This document shows, piece by piece, positions 12,978 through 23,440 of a stretch of DNA of 64,000 bases. The first letter of the stretch is position 1, and each line of letters opens with the position of its first letter. A program made the position numbers and the translations under genes. The notes under the pieces were generated by a model. It was not told the origin of the DNA and did no database searches. It worked only from the letters and a program-made list of their open reading frames with translations. This stretch comes from Tubiluchus corallicola (taxonomy: Eukaryota > Animalia > Priapulida). The stretch is from assembly GCA_030141605.1 (NCBI GenBank), contig JAQGDQ010001084.1, positions 372-64,371 of the forward strand, written 5' to 3'.

Positions 12978-13072
12978 TTGTCTTTTATTCTAACCGTTTG
13001 CTCATCCATTCGTCGACATTCAGTTCTTTGATAATCGTTAACTGAACATCAATAGAAGGAGCAGCAGTAAGG

Positions 13073-13283
13073 ATGAAACAGTACAGCATGTAAGCATGGA
13101 ACAGTACAGCATGTAAGCATGAAACAGTACAGCATGTAAGCATGAAACAGTACAGCATGTAAGCATGAAACAGTACAGCATGTAAGCATGAAACAGTACA
13201 GCATGTAAGCATGAAACAGTACAGCATGTAAGCATGAAACAGTGCAGCATATAAGCATGAAACAGTACAGCATGTAAGCATGT
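13073..13283. repeat. 23-bp minisatellite (ACAGTACAGCATGTAAGCATGAA)x9
   Basis: Period 23 (gtacag at 13081, 13104, ...). Confidence 0.95.
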
Positions 13284-13546
13284 AAAATTAGATCTCTATA
13301 ACTTTAGCACAAAAGTAAACTAATGATTAAAAATGCAGTAATTATACTTTTGTCCGATTTTAAAAATATCACATCTGTTGTTTGATCAGCAAGCTCCAAC
13401 ATAAAATGCCTCCTCTTCATTTAGTTGACCAATGGACAACAAAATAATAAATGATCTGGTGTTTGAGGGGACAGGGCCACAGTAACATAGCTCATTGAGC
13501 CGGGTTTATTTGATGCAGGTGATTTTGGGCCTTTTTTCAAGACTAA

Positions 13547-13894
13547 TGGTTGGTTGGCATCCTTCTGTCTCGGAAGACTATGGAGTGTGCGCCAAGAGAG
13601 TCAGTTATTGATCACATTGATGGAGCTGCAGCGTCCGCCTTCGGAGCTCCACTCCTGATTTGGAAGGTTTACTCCTCTACACATGGCCGTTGGGTCATTT
13701 GACCTCCTCCGCCCTCTAGCCGTTGGCAGCTTGTGCAACTCCTCTGCCTAATACAGTGTGGACATCCCGCAAGCCTACAGCACCTGGTATTCCTAGGCGG
13801 TCACCCATCAAGTACTAACTAGACTCTACGTTACTTAAGTTCGATGATCAGACGAAAACCGGTGTTTTCAACGTGATTTGGCCGTAGTCTAAAG
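13547..13894 (-). mobile_element. 5S-rRNA-derived SINE (SINE3-type) with an (ACCA)n tail and 13-bp TSD
   Basis: 5S-like head at 13771-13889 on the - strand. Tail ...ccatagtcttccgagacagaaggatgccaaccaacca. TTTTCAAGACTAA flanks both sides (13534-46, 13895-907). Confidence 0.75.
13771..13889 (-). pseudogene. 5S rRNA-like sequence (diverged; SINE head)
   Basis: The + strand reads aagcctacagcacctggtattcctaggcggtcacccatcaagtactaac...gatcagacga...tggccgtagtc, the reverse complement of a full-length eukaryotic 5S with substitutions. Confidence 0.85.
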
Positions 13895-14414
13895 TTTTCA
13901 AGACTAAAGTCAGGGCATCATACTAATGGACAACTTCATAAAACGACATTTACAGAACTGAACCGGTAAAGGTGTCCTAGCCTCGTTTCGAGGTGTGCTC
14001 ATATCCTCAACAATGACACGACCAGCGGCGAGAGGAAAGCAGATGTCTGGTAGTCAATCATCTAATTACTAACCCAGCCTAACATGGTTAACTTCATTTG
14101 CTAGGTAAGATGTAAAATAGCTCGCCAAAAATATATCAAAAAACTGTTGTTGTGATACACTACACGACAGGCCTGCTTACTGCTGTTTAGTCAAGGAAAA
14201 GTAAAGGAAAAGTATCTGACTTCAGACAAATTACGTTGATTAAAGACCAATATCTTCTATAACTAATAATACTGTTAGTTTTAGGCGCGAAGCATTCATG
14301 TTTCTAACAAGTATCCTGTGTTAGTTCAACTCAAAACTTTCAAAAGCCTTAATAATACCTTCCGTCTAGTTTCGTCAATGTTATATAACACCAATGTTGT
14401 GAAATTCTTTTCAG

Positions 14415-15702
14415 ATCTTATTCTTTCTCGTCTTTACCATGATTGGTCACCGTGGAAGTCACGTGAATGGTCAAGTAGGCGAATTAGGCAAGCGTTTCGC
14501 TGACCTGGTGAGAGGTCAAAGAACCGGGGATGGCATTTTAAAGAAATTTGCAGAAACCGATGAAAAAACTCCAGGTCAAAGTGTTACTCATGGTTCTGCC
14601 GGTTTCGATAACACGGCTACTGATGCTTCTGGTAACTTAAACATAGATGGTTCTTCTGGTTCCACTAGCTTGGATGATGCAAATGCACTTCCTGGTACCT
14701 CAGAGCCAACAGAAAATGCTGGCTCTGCCAACTCTGATGAAACCTCCGAGGGATTGCTGAGCGCAGCGAAAAACTTCCTGGATAAACAAGTTGATCAAGT
14801 TGTTGAAAGTTTTTCCAATCTAAATTTTGCCAAAAGATATGGAGATTTTTTATCTTCGGAGAAACAGGTCAGGGAAGGAAGAGAGATGAAGATGTTGATA
14901 TAGCTCACGTACCGCAGCAAGACATTGATCCTGTTGATGCTGTGCTAATAGATGACGATAACCTGCCCGATACGCATGCAAACATTGAGCTCGGAAAAAA
15001 CTCTCACATTGTGGCACTTGTTACTAATGTCTCAGGTATGTAAGTAATTTATTTATGAACACAAACTTCGCTAGACAGTTTATATGTATAACTTGTAATG
15101 TTAAATCGCTAGCTAACGAGAATTTTGAGGAAATTATTAATAATAATTAATCAAATGGTTACTTTGTTACAGTGGAAAACGTAGAGAAATAACGATGAAA
15201 GTTAACGTCCTTAATTGCCACTTACGGGTCAAAGGTCACAAACCTTAACGTAAATGCTGTTCAACTCGATGTGCTTTTGTAAACTTATATTTCTTTTATT
15301 TTTATGCATGTCAGTTAATACGATTTCTTACTCATTTTAAATGTGTAGATTCACTTGGAGGCAGCTATGAGACAGAGATAGACTTCAAAGCACGTTTGGA
15401 AAGATACAAGGCGTACACAGACCTTGGTCTGGAAGCGTTAGCTGATGGTATGTAAAATTTAGTGTAGGGAAGAACGAATGCAGTGGTTGCTTTGATGGAA
15501 TATTTGCCTAAAAGGGCATTTAGAACATCCTAAGGGGTCATTGACCCATGTCTAGAAAAGATTGTTTGGTATGAAACTAAGTTAGTGCTCTTCTGAGATC
15601 TGCCATAATCGTAAATGAAATCAAATGTCAATAAATCTCAAAAATTATTTTCCTTCAGAAGCTTCCGTTGTCTCGGACTTCATCAGCTTCACAGAAAGAT
15701 AG
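14415..15702 (+). CDS. Neuropeptide/prohormone-like precursor (exons 14415-15035, 15349-15447, 15659-15702); first coding exon uncertain; 1-nt frameshift at a T6 run (14846-14851)
   Basis: Hydrophobic ILFFLVFTMIG then HVNG|Q. Basic sites GKR, KK, KR and GRKR. Canonical splice sites; the phase-1 joins are open to ...DFISFTER*, followed by AATAAA. Confidence 0.6.
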
Positions 15703-17385
15703 AATAATAAAAAAACTACAGATGAAACTACACATAAAATAAATGTGTACAATCTCAGTAAATTAAAGGGTATTATTCATGTACCCAACAGTAAACAGTA
15801 ATGCCTACGTCACAAGTAGGATGCAAGCAATGTGACAGAGGGGAGTGTTGGCACAGTTGAAATCATGGAGCTTTTGCGCATGCTCATCCTTGTGAAAGAA
15901 AGTATGAAGTACTTTTATCACTGTCAACTCTCATTGGTCCGAGCCACAGAAGGTGACAGCACTACAAAACATGTTCTTAATGTTTCATTTAGATGCCTAC
16001 AGATGGTGCTGCTATATATATATGATCAGTAGTTTAACTGAAGTCCTACAAAACGATGGCGCCAGTATCAAACGAAGTTTACTAGATTATACTAGAACTT
16101 TACTAGTACTAGAAATTTTTAGAAATGAAGCCATATTTTACGTGGCCAAGCCTAAATAGATAAATACATTTGGGTAGCTCTTCATGAAGCCAGCAATTAG
16201 AATGAACACAACATTCCGGACAAATTATATCCGTCAAAATATTATACTTAAGGTATCGTTTTAAGCAAAATATTATATAATCGTTATCAAACTCATTATC
16301 AACAAGATTATTAGCAAAATATCAATGCATCAACAAACAAGTTTTTTTGTTTCCAATTTTTTAACGAGGTTTCGGTTTCCTCGATTTTTTTTTATTTTAC
16401 ATTTTTTTAATTTTTTTTGTTTTACATTTTTTTAATTTTTTTTGTTTTACATTTTTTTATTTTTTTTTTGTTTTTTAATTTTTCGTCCAATTTTTTAACG
16501 AGCTTAGGTATGCTCTTTGCTCTTCTTCTACTCCTGCAAAACACAGAAAAATCCAAAACTTAGACAAAACTGATAATTATATGAATTAGAAGTACACATT
16601 AACTTCACATTAAAAATTATAATACCTTAAGTAACACACATACAAAAGATGACAGTAGTCATAAATTACAATACTGTGTTTGTTCTGTTAAACAGAAACG
16701 AGCAACCGATACTAGTTACTACTAACGTATGATTAATTATGCACAGAGACCCGCTCGCAGTGAAGCCAAACTATTGAAGTTTAGTGAAGCCGTGGACTCA
16801 AGAAGCCACTGTAGCGTAAGCAATAAAAATTCGAAGTTAGTTGTTTACCAAATGTCTAAAAAAGGGAAGAGAGTTTTTTTGTAACAGGTTGGTCTTTCCG
16901 TCAACTAAGCCAACCAAAGCTGACAATCAATTGAGTGTCTTCCATTCATTCTTAAACTTGCAAATGATCATGGGACATCATCATTATATTCGGAATCCTT
17001 TACGTACAATAGCTGGACGCCATCTTTAATTCTCCTCTCTAGATTCTATATATGAAGGTGACAGCATGAACCAATGGTGTAATCGCTTGCAGGAAACTAT
17101 CCTTCTGGTACATGCTGGTATATCTGATTTGACAGAACTGATCAAATAAACTATCCTATTTCCAATTTCCTAATTCCATAATTTTTAATCATTTTCTGTA
17201 GAAATTTTTAGGAGTTTAGCGAAAGCAACGCCATGAAGCAACTAGTGTCATATTTGCGTCCTCTCCCCTGAATGTTTGTGTCTCGTCATGTGGAAATTCT
17301 TCGAGAAATTTTAGTACATACACTACACTGAAACTACCATGTACAATAAAGAAGAGATTTGAAACCAAGTCTTACCAATTTTCTG

Positions 17386-20300
17386 CTATTCATTCACCTG
17401 GCCTGGCAGCGACCACCCAAAAATGGTCGCCGCCAGGTCTTCATTAAGTTGTCTTTCCCTTTCCAGGTTCTTTCTGTCCTTTTCTTTCCTATCCTACAGA
17501 AAAAAAACGTCTTAGTAAATTCTCAGGTCTAAAAAGCATCGTGCCGTTGTAGTGTAGGGTTAAGCGTGGCGTTCGGGAGAGAAGCAGACGGAGGTGCGAG
17601 TCCCAGTGCAGATGTGAAACTGCTTGAGACTTACTAATTAACATTTTGCTTACAGCAGAATCTTCTTGATATACACCAGGTCTTTATTTTTATTTATTTA
17701 TTATTAGTTTTCCGTTTTGTTTCTTTAAAAACTCGTACACGCACGGGGGTGGAGGGTCACGAAGCACAGGGTCAGAGGGTCACGAAGCACAGGGCTAGAT
17801 GGTCACGAAGCACAGGGCTAGAGGGTCACGAAGCACAGGGCTAGAGAGCCACGAAGCACAGGGCCAGAGCGTCACGAAGCACAGGGCCAGAGGATCACGG
17901 TGCAAAGGGTCAAAGGTTCACGAAGCACAGGGCTAGATGGTCACGAAGCACAGGGCCAGAGGGTCACGAAGCACAGGGCTAGATGGTCACGAAGCAAAGG
18001 GCCAGAGGGTCAGGAAGCACAGGGCCAGAGGGTCACGAAGCACAGGGCTAGATGGTCACGAAGCACAGGGCCAGAGGGTCACGAAGCACAGGGCTAGATG
18101 GTCACGAAGCACAGGGCCAGATGGTCACGAAGCACAGGGCCAGAGGGTCACGCAGCAAAGGGCCAGAGGGTCACGAAACAAAGGGCCAGAGGGTCACGAA
18201 TTAATATGTGACCCATCACCTTTGGGTCAAAGGTCGTGTAGCGGGCAGGGATTGTTGTGTTTTTTTCATTAGACTGGATCTCCTCCTACAGTTTTTGAGC
18301 TAGGGCCACAATTTTTGGTATGTGGCTAGGTTGTGTCCAGTTGTCTTGCATGGCTGAATATGAGCCAATTGCGTTTGAGATAATTTCTCGGTAGGGAGCA
18401 AAAACCAACAGCATGAGGCTACAGGTGACTGGTCAAAGAGTGACAAGCTCTGATTTCATTGAACCTGTTAATCGAGTCAAACACAGTAAAGAATGTGCAG
18501 TGTTGTTAATTATTTTGAAAACAATTTTATTTGTAAATACAAAACAAAAGCTGTCATTAAAGCATCTCCTGTCACAGAAGCAGAATCTCACCACAGTTTT
18601 TGACACAGTCAAAGACGTCCACTAGTTTAGTATTGGTTTCGTGCATTCATAAGATCATCAGATTACTTGCAGTTTAATCTTAATTATTGTAGCATTACCT
18701 AGGGCACCGTATTGAGAAATTCCGTTTTAGCATCGTTTAATTCTAGCTAAAAGACACCTATCCATCTTGCAGCGAAAGCTATACAATTTTGCATTTCAGT
18801 GAGAACATCTCTATCAGACATGTTACTAGATCGACGAATGGCTAAATACGTGTGTTTCTTTACCTAACCACCATCGTTTAATTCTAGCTGAAAGACACCT
18901 AACCATCTTCCAACGAAAGCTATACAATTTTGCATTTCAGTGAGAACTTCTCTATCAGACAGGTTGCTAGATAGACGAATGGCTAAATACGTATGTTTGT
19001 TTACTGAAAAACCATTATTTACATTACAATACAAACAAATAAATCTGAGAGATTTAATCAACAGTGAAAGAAACGTTTACTAGAGAGAAATTCCCCATAA
19101 AAGGAATATTGTGACTCGAGCGTAAAAAATATATGTAACCCCAGCAGATAGTGAAGTTTTCTATCGTATTATTATGATCGTAAATGTACTATGTCTTAAA
19201 TTAACAGATTATCAGATAAATTAAATAATTTTTCCTGGCGAATTTCGTATGCGTACATTACCATGTTTCGTTTGCGCACATTACCTTGTTCCGTATGCGT
19301 ACATTACCTTGTTTCGTATGCGCACATTACCTTGTTTCGTATGCGTACATTACCATGTTTCGTATGCGTACATTACCATGTTTCGTATGCGTACATTACC
19401 TTGTTCCGTATGCGTACATCACCATGTTTCGTATGTACACATTACAGTGTTTTGTATGCGTACATTACCTTGTTGTACTTTAATTCATACGAGTATTAAA
19501 AATAAAAATTTTCACAACAGTGTTACGTAAACTAGTATTAATAACTTTTTACGGAATTGTATCTCGATTTTATATGAACAATGAATTGATTCTTAGTATG
19601 AAAAGCCGTTTCTAGAAAAGCTACAATAATCTTGCATAATTCGACATGCTGGCTATGATTAAATATATCCAAGGTCCTTGATAAAACTGACAATCATCTG
19701 CAAAGACGTCACGGGAATTACTTGATTTGCCGAGGACCCAGCTATGGATAACAAAGACAGCAACAAAATGAACAAATGTCTGAACAGTTTGGTGTTTTTT
19801 ATTTATAAAATTTATCTGAAAAAACTACTCACTGCCTTGCATTCATTCCTTTCCATGTCATCTTCCGTCCTTCCGTCCTTCCATCCATACTCTTCCAACA
19901 AATTACAACTCGAACACACATCCTGATCAAAATATACGAATGAAAGTTTGTAAATGACTTAACCCGTAACCGACCAAGGTGGAGTAAAAATTACCCCAGG
20001 AGCATTTGCTCACATGTTTTTATATTGATGCCTCAACGAAAATTTTCAAACTAATAGCGATTAAATATTCTTCGATTTGTTATGCAACCCTACCTTGGTT
20101 TTGTTGAAAAGTATCATTCATGATTTTTTACAAAGCACAAGTACCAGATACTACCTGTCCTGGGGTAACTTATTACTCCGTTTGGTCTTTAGTGTAATAT
20201 AAAACCGCTTGGTCGGCTAAGAATTAATAATAATGACAAGAAAATCGACAATAAATTATTATTAATCCAATGATAAAGATAACAATGCTGAATTGTGAGG

Positions 20301-20575
20301 TTTAATTGCCATTGCTAGGGTAATATTAATTAATTTAAGGTAGAAGATAAGCTAGACCAGGATAGGACAAGATCAAGCACGAACTTGTTATATCCTCTGC
20401 TGATAAGTTTGTTTAGCTGGTAAGAAGAGACAGATAGGACGAAAGCAAAACTTACTACTCTATTTCGCCTTCTGGTCATCCTCCTTCTTAGCCATCTCAA
20501 AATTCTCCCACAACAACACCCTCGCCTTCCGTACACTCTCTCCTCCGTCCACGCCAATTTTACTTCTTTATTCAT
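17386..20575 (-). CDS. Small orphan Arg/Cys-rich protein, 105 aa (exons 20575-20456, 19922-19833, 17493-17386)
   Basis: Donors GTAAGT and GTGAGT; acceptors ttttgatcag and ttttctgtag. Both introns are phase 0 and the frame is open: MNKEV...GCCCGRILRWLRRRMTRRRNRV/DVCSSCNLL...ECKA/DRKEKDRK...WSLPGQVNE*. Confidence 0.6.
17753..18200. repeat. 23-bp minisatellite (GGGTCACGAAGCACAGGGCCAGA)n, about 19 units
   Basis: Period 23 (gaagcac at 17761, 17784, ...). Confidence 0.95.
18560..19005 (-). mobile_element. Decayed CR1/L2-type LINE RT fragment with an internal ~140-bp tandem duplication
   Basis: The - strand gives EMQNCIAF..RW...LELNDAKTEFL (LxLNxxKTE motif). 18731-18863 is repeated at 18872-19003. 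Confidence 0.6.
19243..19473. repeat. 23-bp minisatellite (GTATGCGTACATTACCATGTTTC)x10
   Basis: Period 23, directly visible. Confidence 0.95.
19963..20223. mobile_element. piggyBac-like MITE
   Basis: TTAA|CCCGTAACCGACCAAG ... CTTGGTCGGCTAAGAA|TTAA, plus subterminal inverted repeat ttaccccagg / cctggggtaa. Confidence 0.65.
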
Positions 20576-20610
20576 GCTTTTCCTATCTTGTCAATCTCAA
20601 ATGTTTATGG

Positions 20611-20678
20611 TGAATGCTGTGACTTAGTAACGGCATTCATACGTCACAAATTGACGTCACGTGGCTGCTGACGCGTCA
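20611..20678 (-). promoter_or_regulatory. Proximal motif cluster upstream of the 105-aa gene: X-box-like, CRE, E-box
   Basis: GTGACTTAGTAAC 20619-31, ACGTCA 20641, TGACGTCA 20652-59, CACGTG 20658-63, TGACGCGTCA 20669-78. Confidence 0.45.
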
Positions 20679-21024
20679 TTGCCCAATACGTATTATTTGG
20701 CGTTAAACGTATCAGACTTACATACATCCCAGGGAGAACACTTTTCTCAGATTCTTTATTTAACAAAGTTGGGTTTCCTACTTCTGGATAGGTGGTGAGG
20801 GAATTTCTAACTCGTGTGCGTAATACGTTGAGGAATCAATTCATTACATTTATTACATTTCAGTAAAATTACAAGAACATAATATAAATTATTACTCGGA
20901 TTTATGTTAATTAGTTTAATTAAACGAGTTTTGATAAGATAATGGAAGATCATAGGATCGTCAATTAGCATCTGAGAGAAAAACATGAAAACGCAGCGCC
21001 ACATCAGACAAAACGGTCCTGTAG

Positions 21025-21474
21025 CAGGGTTCCCATGGCCAGAAAAAATCCTGGAAAATACAGGCTATCCTGTAAAGTCAGGGAAAATGATGAAAATGCT
21101 GCAAAAAGTCAGGGAAATTGGAAAGGGTTACAAAAATAATCAGCAAGAATCGATATTTTTTCAAACATATCTTTCAGCAATTCGTGTTCAAACAAAATTT
21201 GGCTATGGCAGGTTCCCAGTTTCAATTTCTGTTCCAAAATTAATGATTGGATTAAGAAAGTTTGTTTAATGTGATTAGTGTAAATTCGTTAGCACTACTG
21301 CAACTGTGTCAACACGTATCAGTATATGTATGAATATCCATACACAAAAATGTTTGAATGTGTATACTGGTAATGCAATTTCCGCTTATCTTGGTCATGG
21401 AAAATCAATATTTGGTCACGGAAAAGTCGTGGAAAAGTCAGGGAAATTTATTTTTAAATTCTGTGGGAACGCTG
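21025..21474. mobile_element. MITE (hAT-like termini)
   Basis: CAGGGTTCCCA ... TGGGAACGCTG with repeated gtcagggaaa subterminal motifs; no clear TSD. Confidence 0.55.
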
Positions 21475-21635
21475 TTTTAGGATCAAATCCTTCTATAAAA
21501 GCCAGAGCATTGAGTAACATTTCTCATTCTGCTTTTGACTGTGCATAATCTCTGGGTCAGATAATCTGTTAATGCATAGTTACATATTGTTACTTACTCA
21601 TTATAAATACATTGTGCCGTTGTTTACGATTCTTA

Positions 21636-22265
21636 AAGGAACACAGTACGATTTTTCATACACTAACCCATTTTCAAATCCGATAAAAAGTATACATTTT
21701 AACACAATTAATATTGCAAAAGTTTTTCTGATAATTAAATAATATATTAAAAACTTAATTAACGGCGAGTGAGCCCAACTATTGATGACATCACAAACTA
21801 ACATAATTTTCAACAGCAAAAATATTCCACGAGTGTGTTGCCCGTCTTTGTGAAAGCGAAAATTGAAGTACAGTGCTACTGTAAGATATTCAGTGTGTTG
21901 TACTAAAACTCAGTAAGTTTTAAGATAAAAATTCAAATTTCAAATTTACCGCTGTGCTCACGCATGAGCTGTCGAATGTGTGTAGTTCGTAACAAACTAA
22001 CACATCTAAACTGAGACATACAGCACCTGTTTAAGTGCAATGCGTTTCCAAAATACAAGCGCTAGTGCCCGTCTAACTGGCGAATGGCGGAATGCATGTA
22101 ACAGCGGCGCGTAAGAACTAGTGGCGCGAAAGTGAAATTGTGTTTGTGTGGTAATAATTCTTTCTCGCAAGTCATTTTTGAATAGTATGTTTCCTTTCAA
22201 CATTTTAAAGAGTAGATTGTTTTGACCTACAGTTCAACATTGGGTCCGCTTTTGCTTTAAAGTTA
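21636..22265 (-). mobile_element. Right-end copy of the Kolobok/T2-like element
   Basis: Reverse complement of 8405-9084, beginning TTAA-AGGAACAC. Confidence 0.7.
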
Positions 22266-22761
22266 ATCACAAGAAGATATAAACGTATCTTGTACAGTAT
22301 CAAGATGGCGCCCAGTGGATCGACTGAACGATCGAACGACTCTATCCAATGATATGCCACACAGCCACCACAACCACAGGGCTGCTATGCTACGCCCGTT
22401 TTCCTGGATCCATGTTGGTATACCATACGTATATATAGCTGGTACCGTTGCTCTCTGAACGGATGCCATAAGCCATACAGACACGTTCCATATATCGTCG
22501 GATTTGCAATGAAACGTAGAATCTGATGTACTGTGTCAAAGTCACGAGCCGAGTTTCATTTAGCCACAATGCTGCATAATATCTGCTGTAGATACAAACG
22601 TATTTTAATCATTACAATATTGAGTCCATCCATCTTGTACAGTTTTCCTTTCGATAATGTAACTGATTATTTAACTAATGAAATTCTCTTAACTACAAAT
22701 GTTATTTTAATTAATAATGAATTGTTTATGAAATAATTGCAATGGAATAAACGTAATGCAC

Positions 22762-23065
22762 CATTACATGACGTCATATACGCGCAACGTAAATCAGGGA
22801 AAGAAAACGAAATGTTAAATTACGTCCTAAAAACTTTCCACGCAAATCTATATTACTTAGCATTTCACTTACCTGCTGGAAAGACTTATGTAATTAGATT
22901 AATAATTTAAAATGTTTGTGCCAATTGGCAAAATGTCGCCGATTCGCCCTCCAGGGTGCACCACTCACTAACCAGAAACGTATTTTTCGTCTTATTGACA
23001 AGATTCAGTGATTTAAAATTTTACTTAATTAGCAACATGTATGCTACGAATGCTCTGATTATTTT
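22762..23065 (+). mobile_element. Internal/left fragment of the Kolobok/T2-like family
   Basis: Near-identical to 11130-11435. Confidence 0.7.
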
Positions 23066-23440
23066 ACTAACTAGTAGTAGTAGTAACAGCAGCAGCAGTA
23101 GTAAAATCTTTTATTTGCAATTAAAAATACTAATGTGAAATTAATGACATTAGATAGAGAATACTAATATTCCCTCTTGCAGTTGCAATTCATCTATGAA
23201 AATGAAACCACTCAGTGGACACTTGTAGAAATGCTGCAACACTGACGCAAAGTTCAAAATTGGTTCTGTCACAAAGTTAGAGTCTTTGTTAAAATGGAAT
23301 GGTGAACGTTAGTAAAAAAAGCATAATGTGCAATCATTGTGCCTTAGATGTTTGCAATTGCTCAAGAAACAACACTGAACTTTATTTAAAACTGTGTAAT
23401 AAAATTTATTAAGTGCAAACTAACAAATATTTTCAACAAA

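Noticed and set aside
12985-13281. Cys-rich repeat ORFs here and at 17900-18272 and 19249-19530
   Set aside because: Products of 23-bp minisatellites, giving the same 23-aa cycle in all frames.
13771-13889. Functional 5S rRNA gene
   Set aside because: Solitary and diverged, lacks an oligo-T terminator after the 3' end, and is embedded in a TSD-flanked element.
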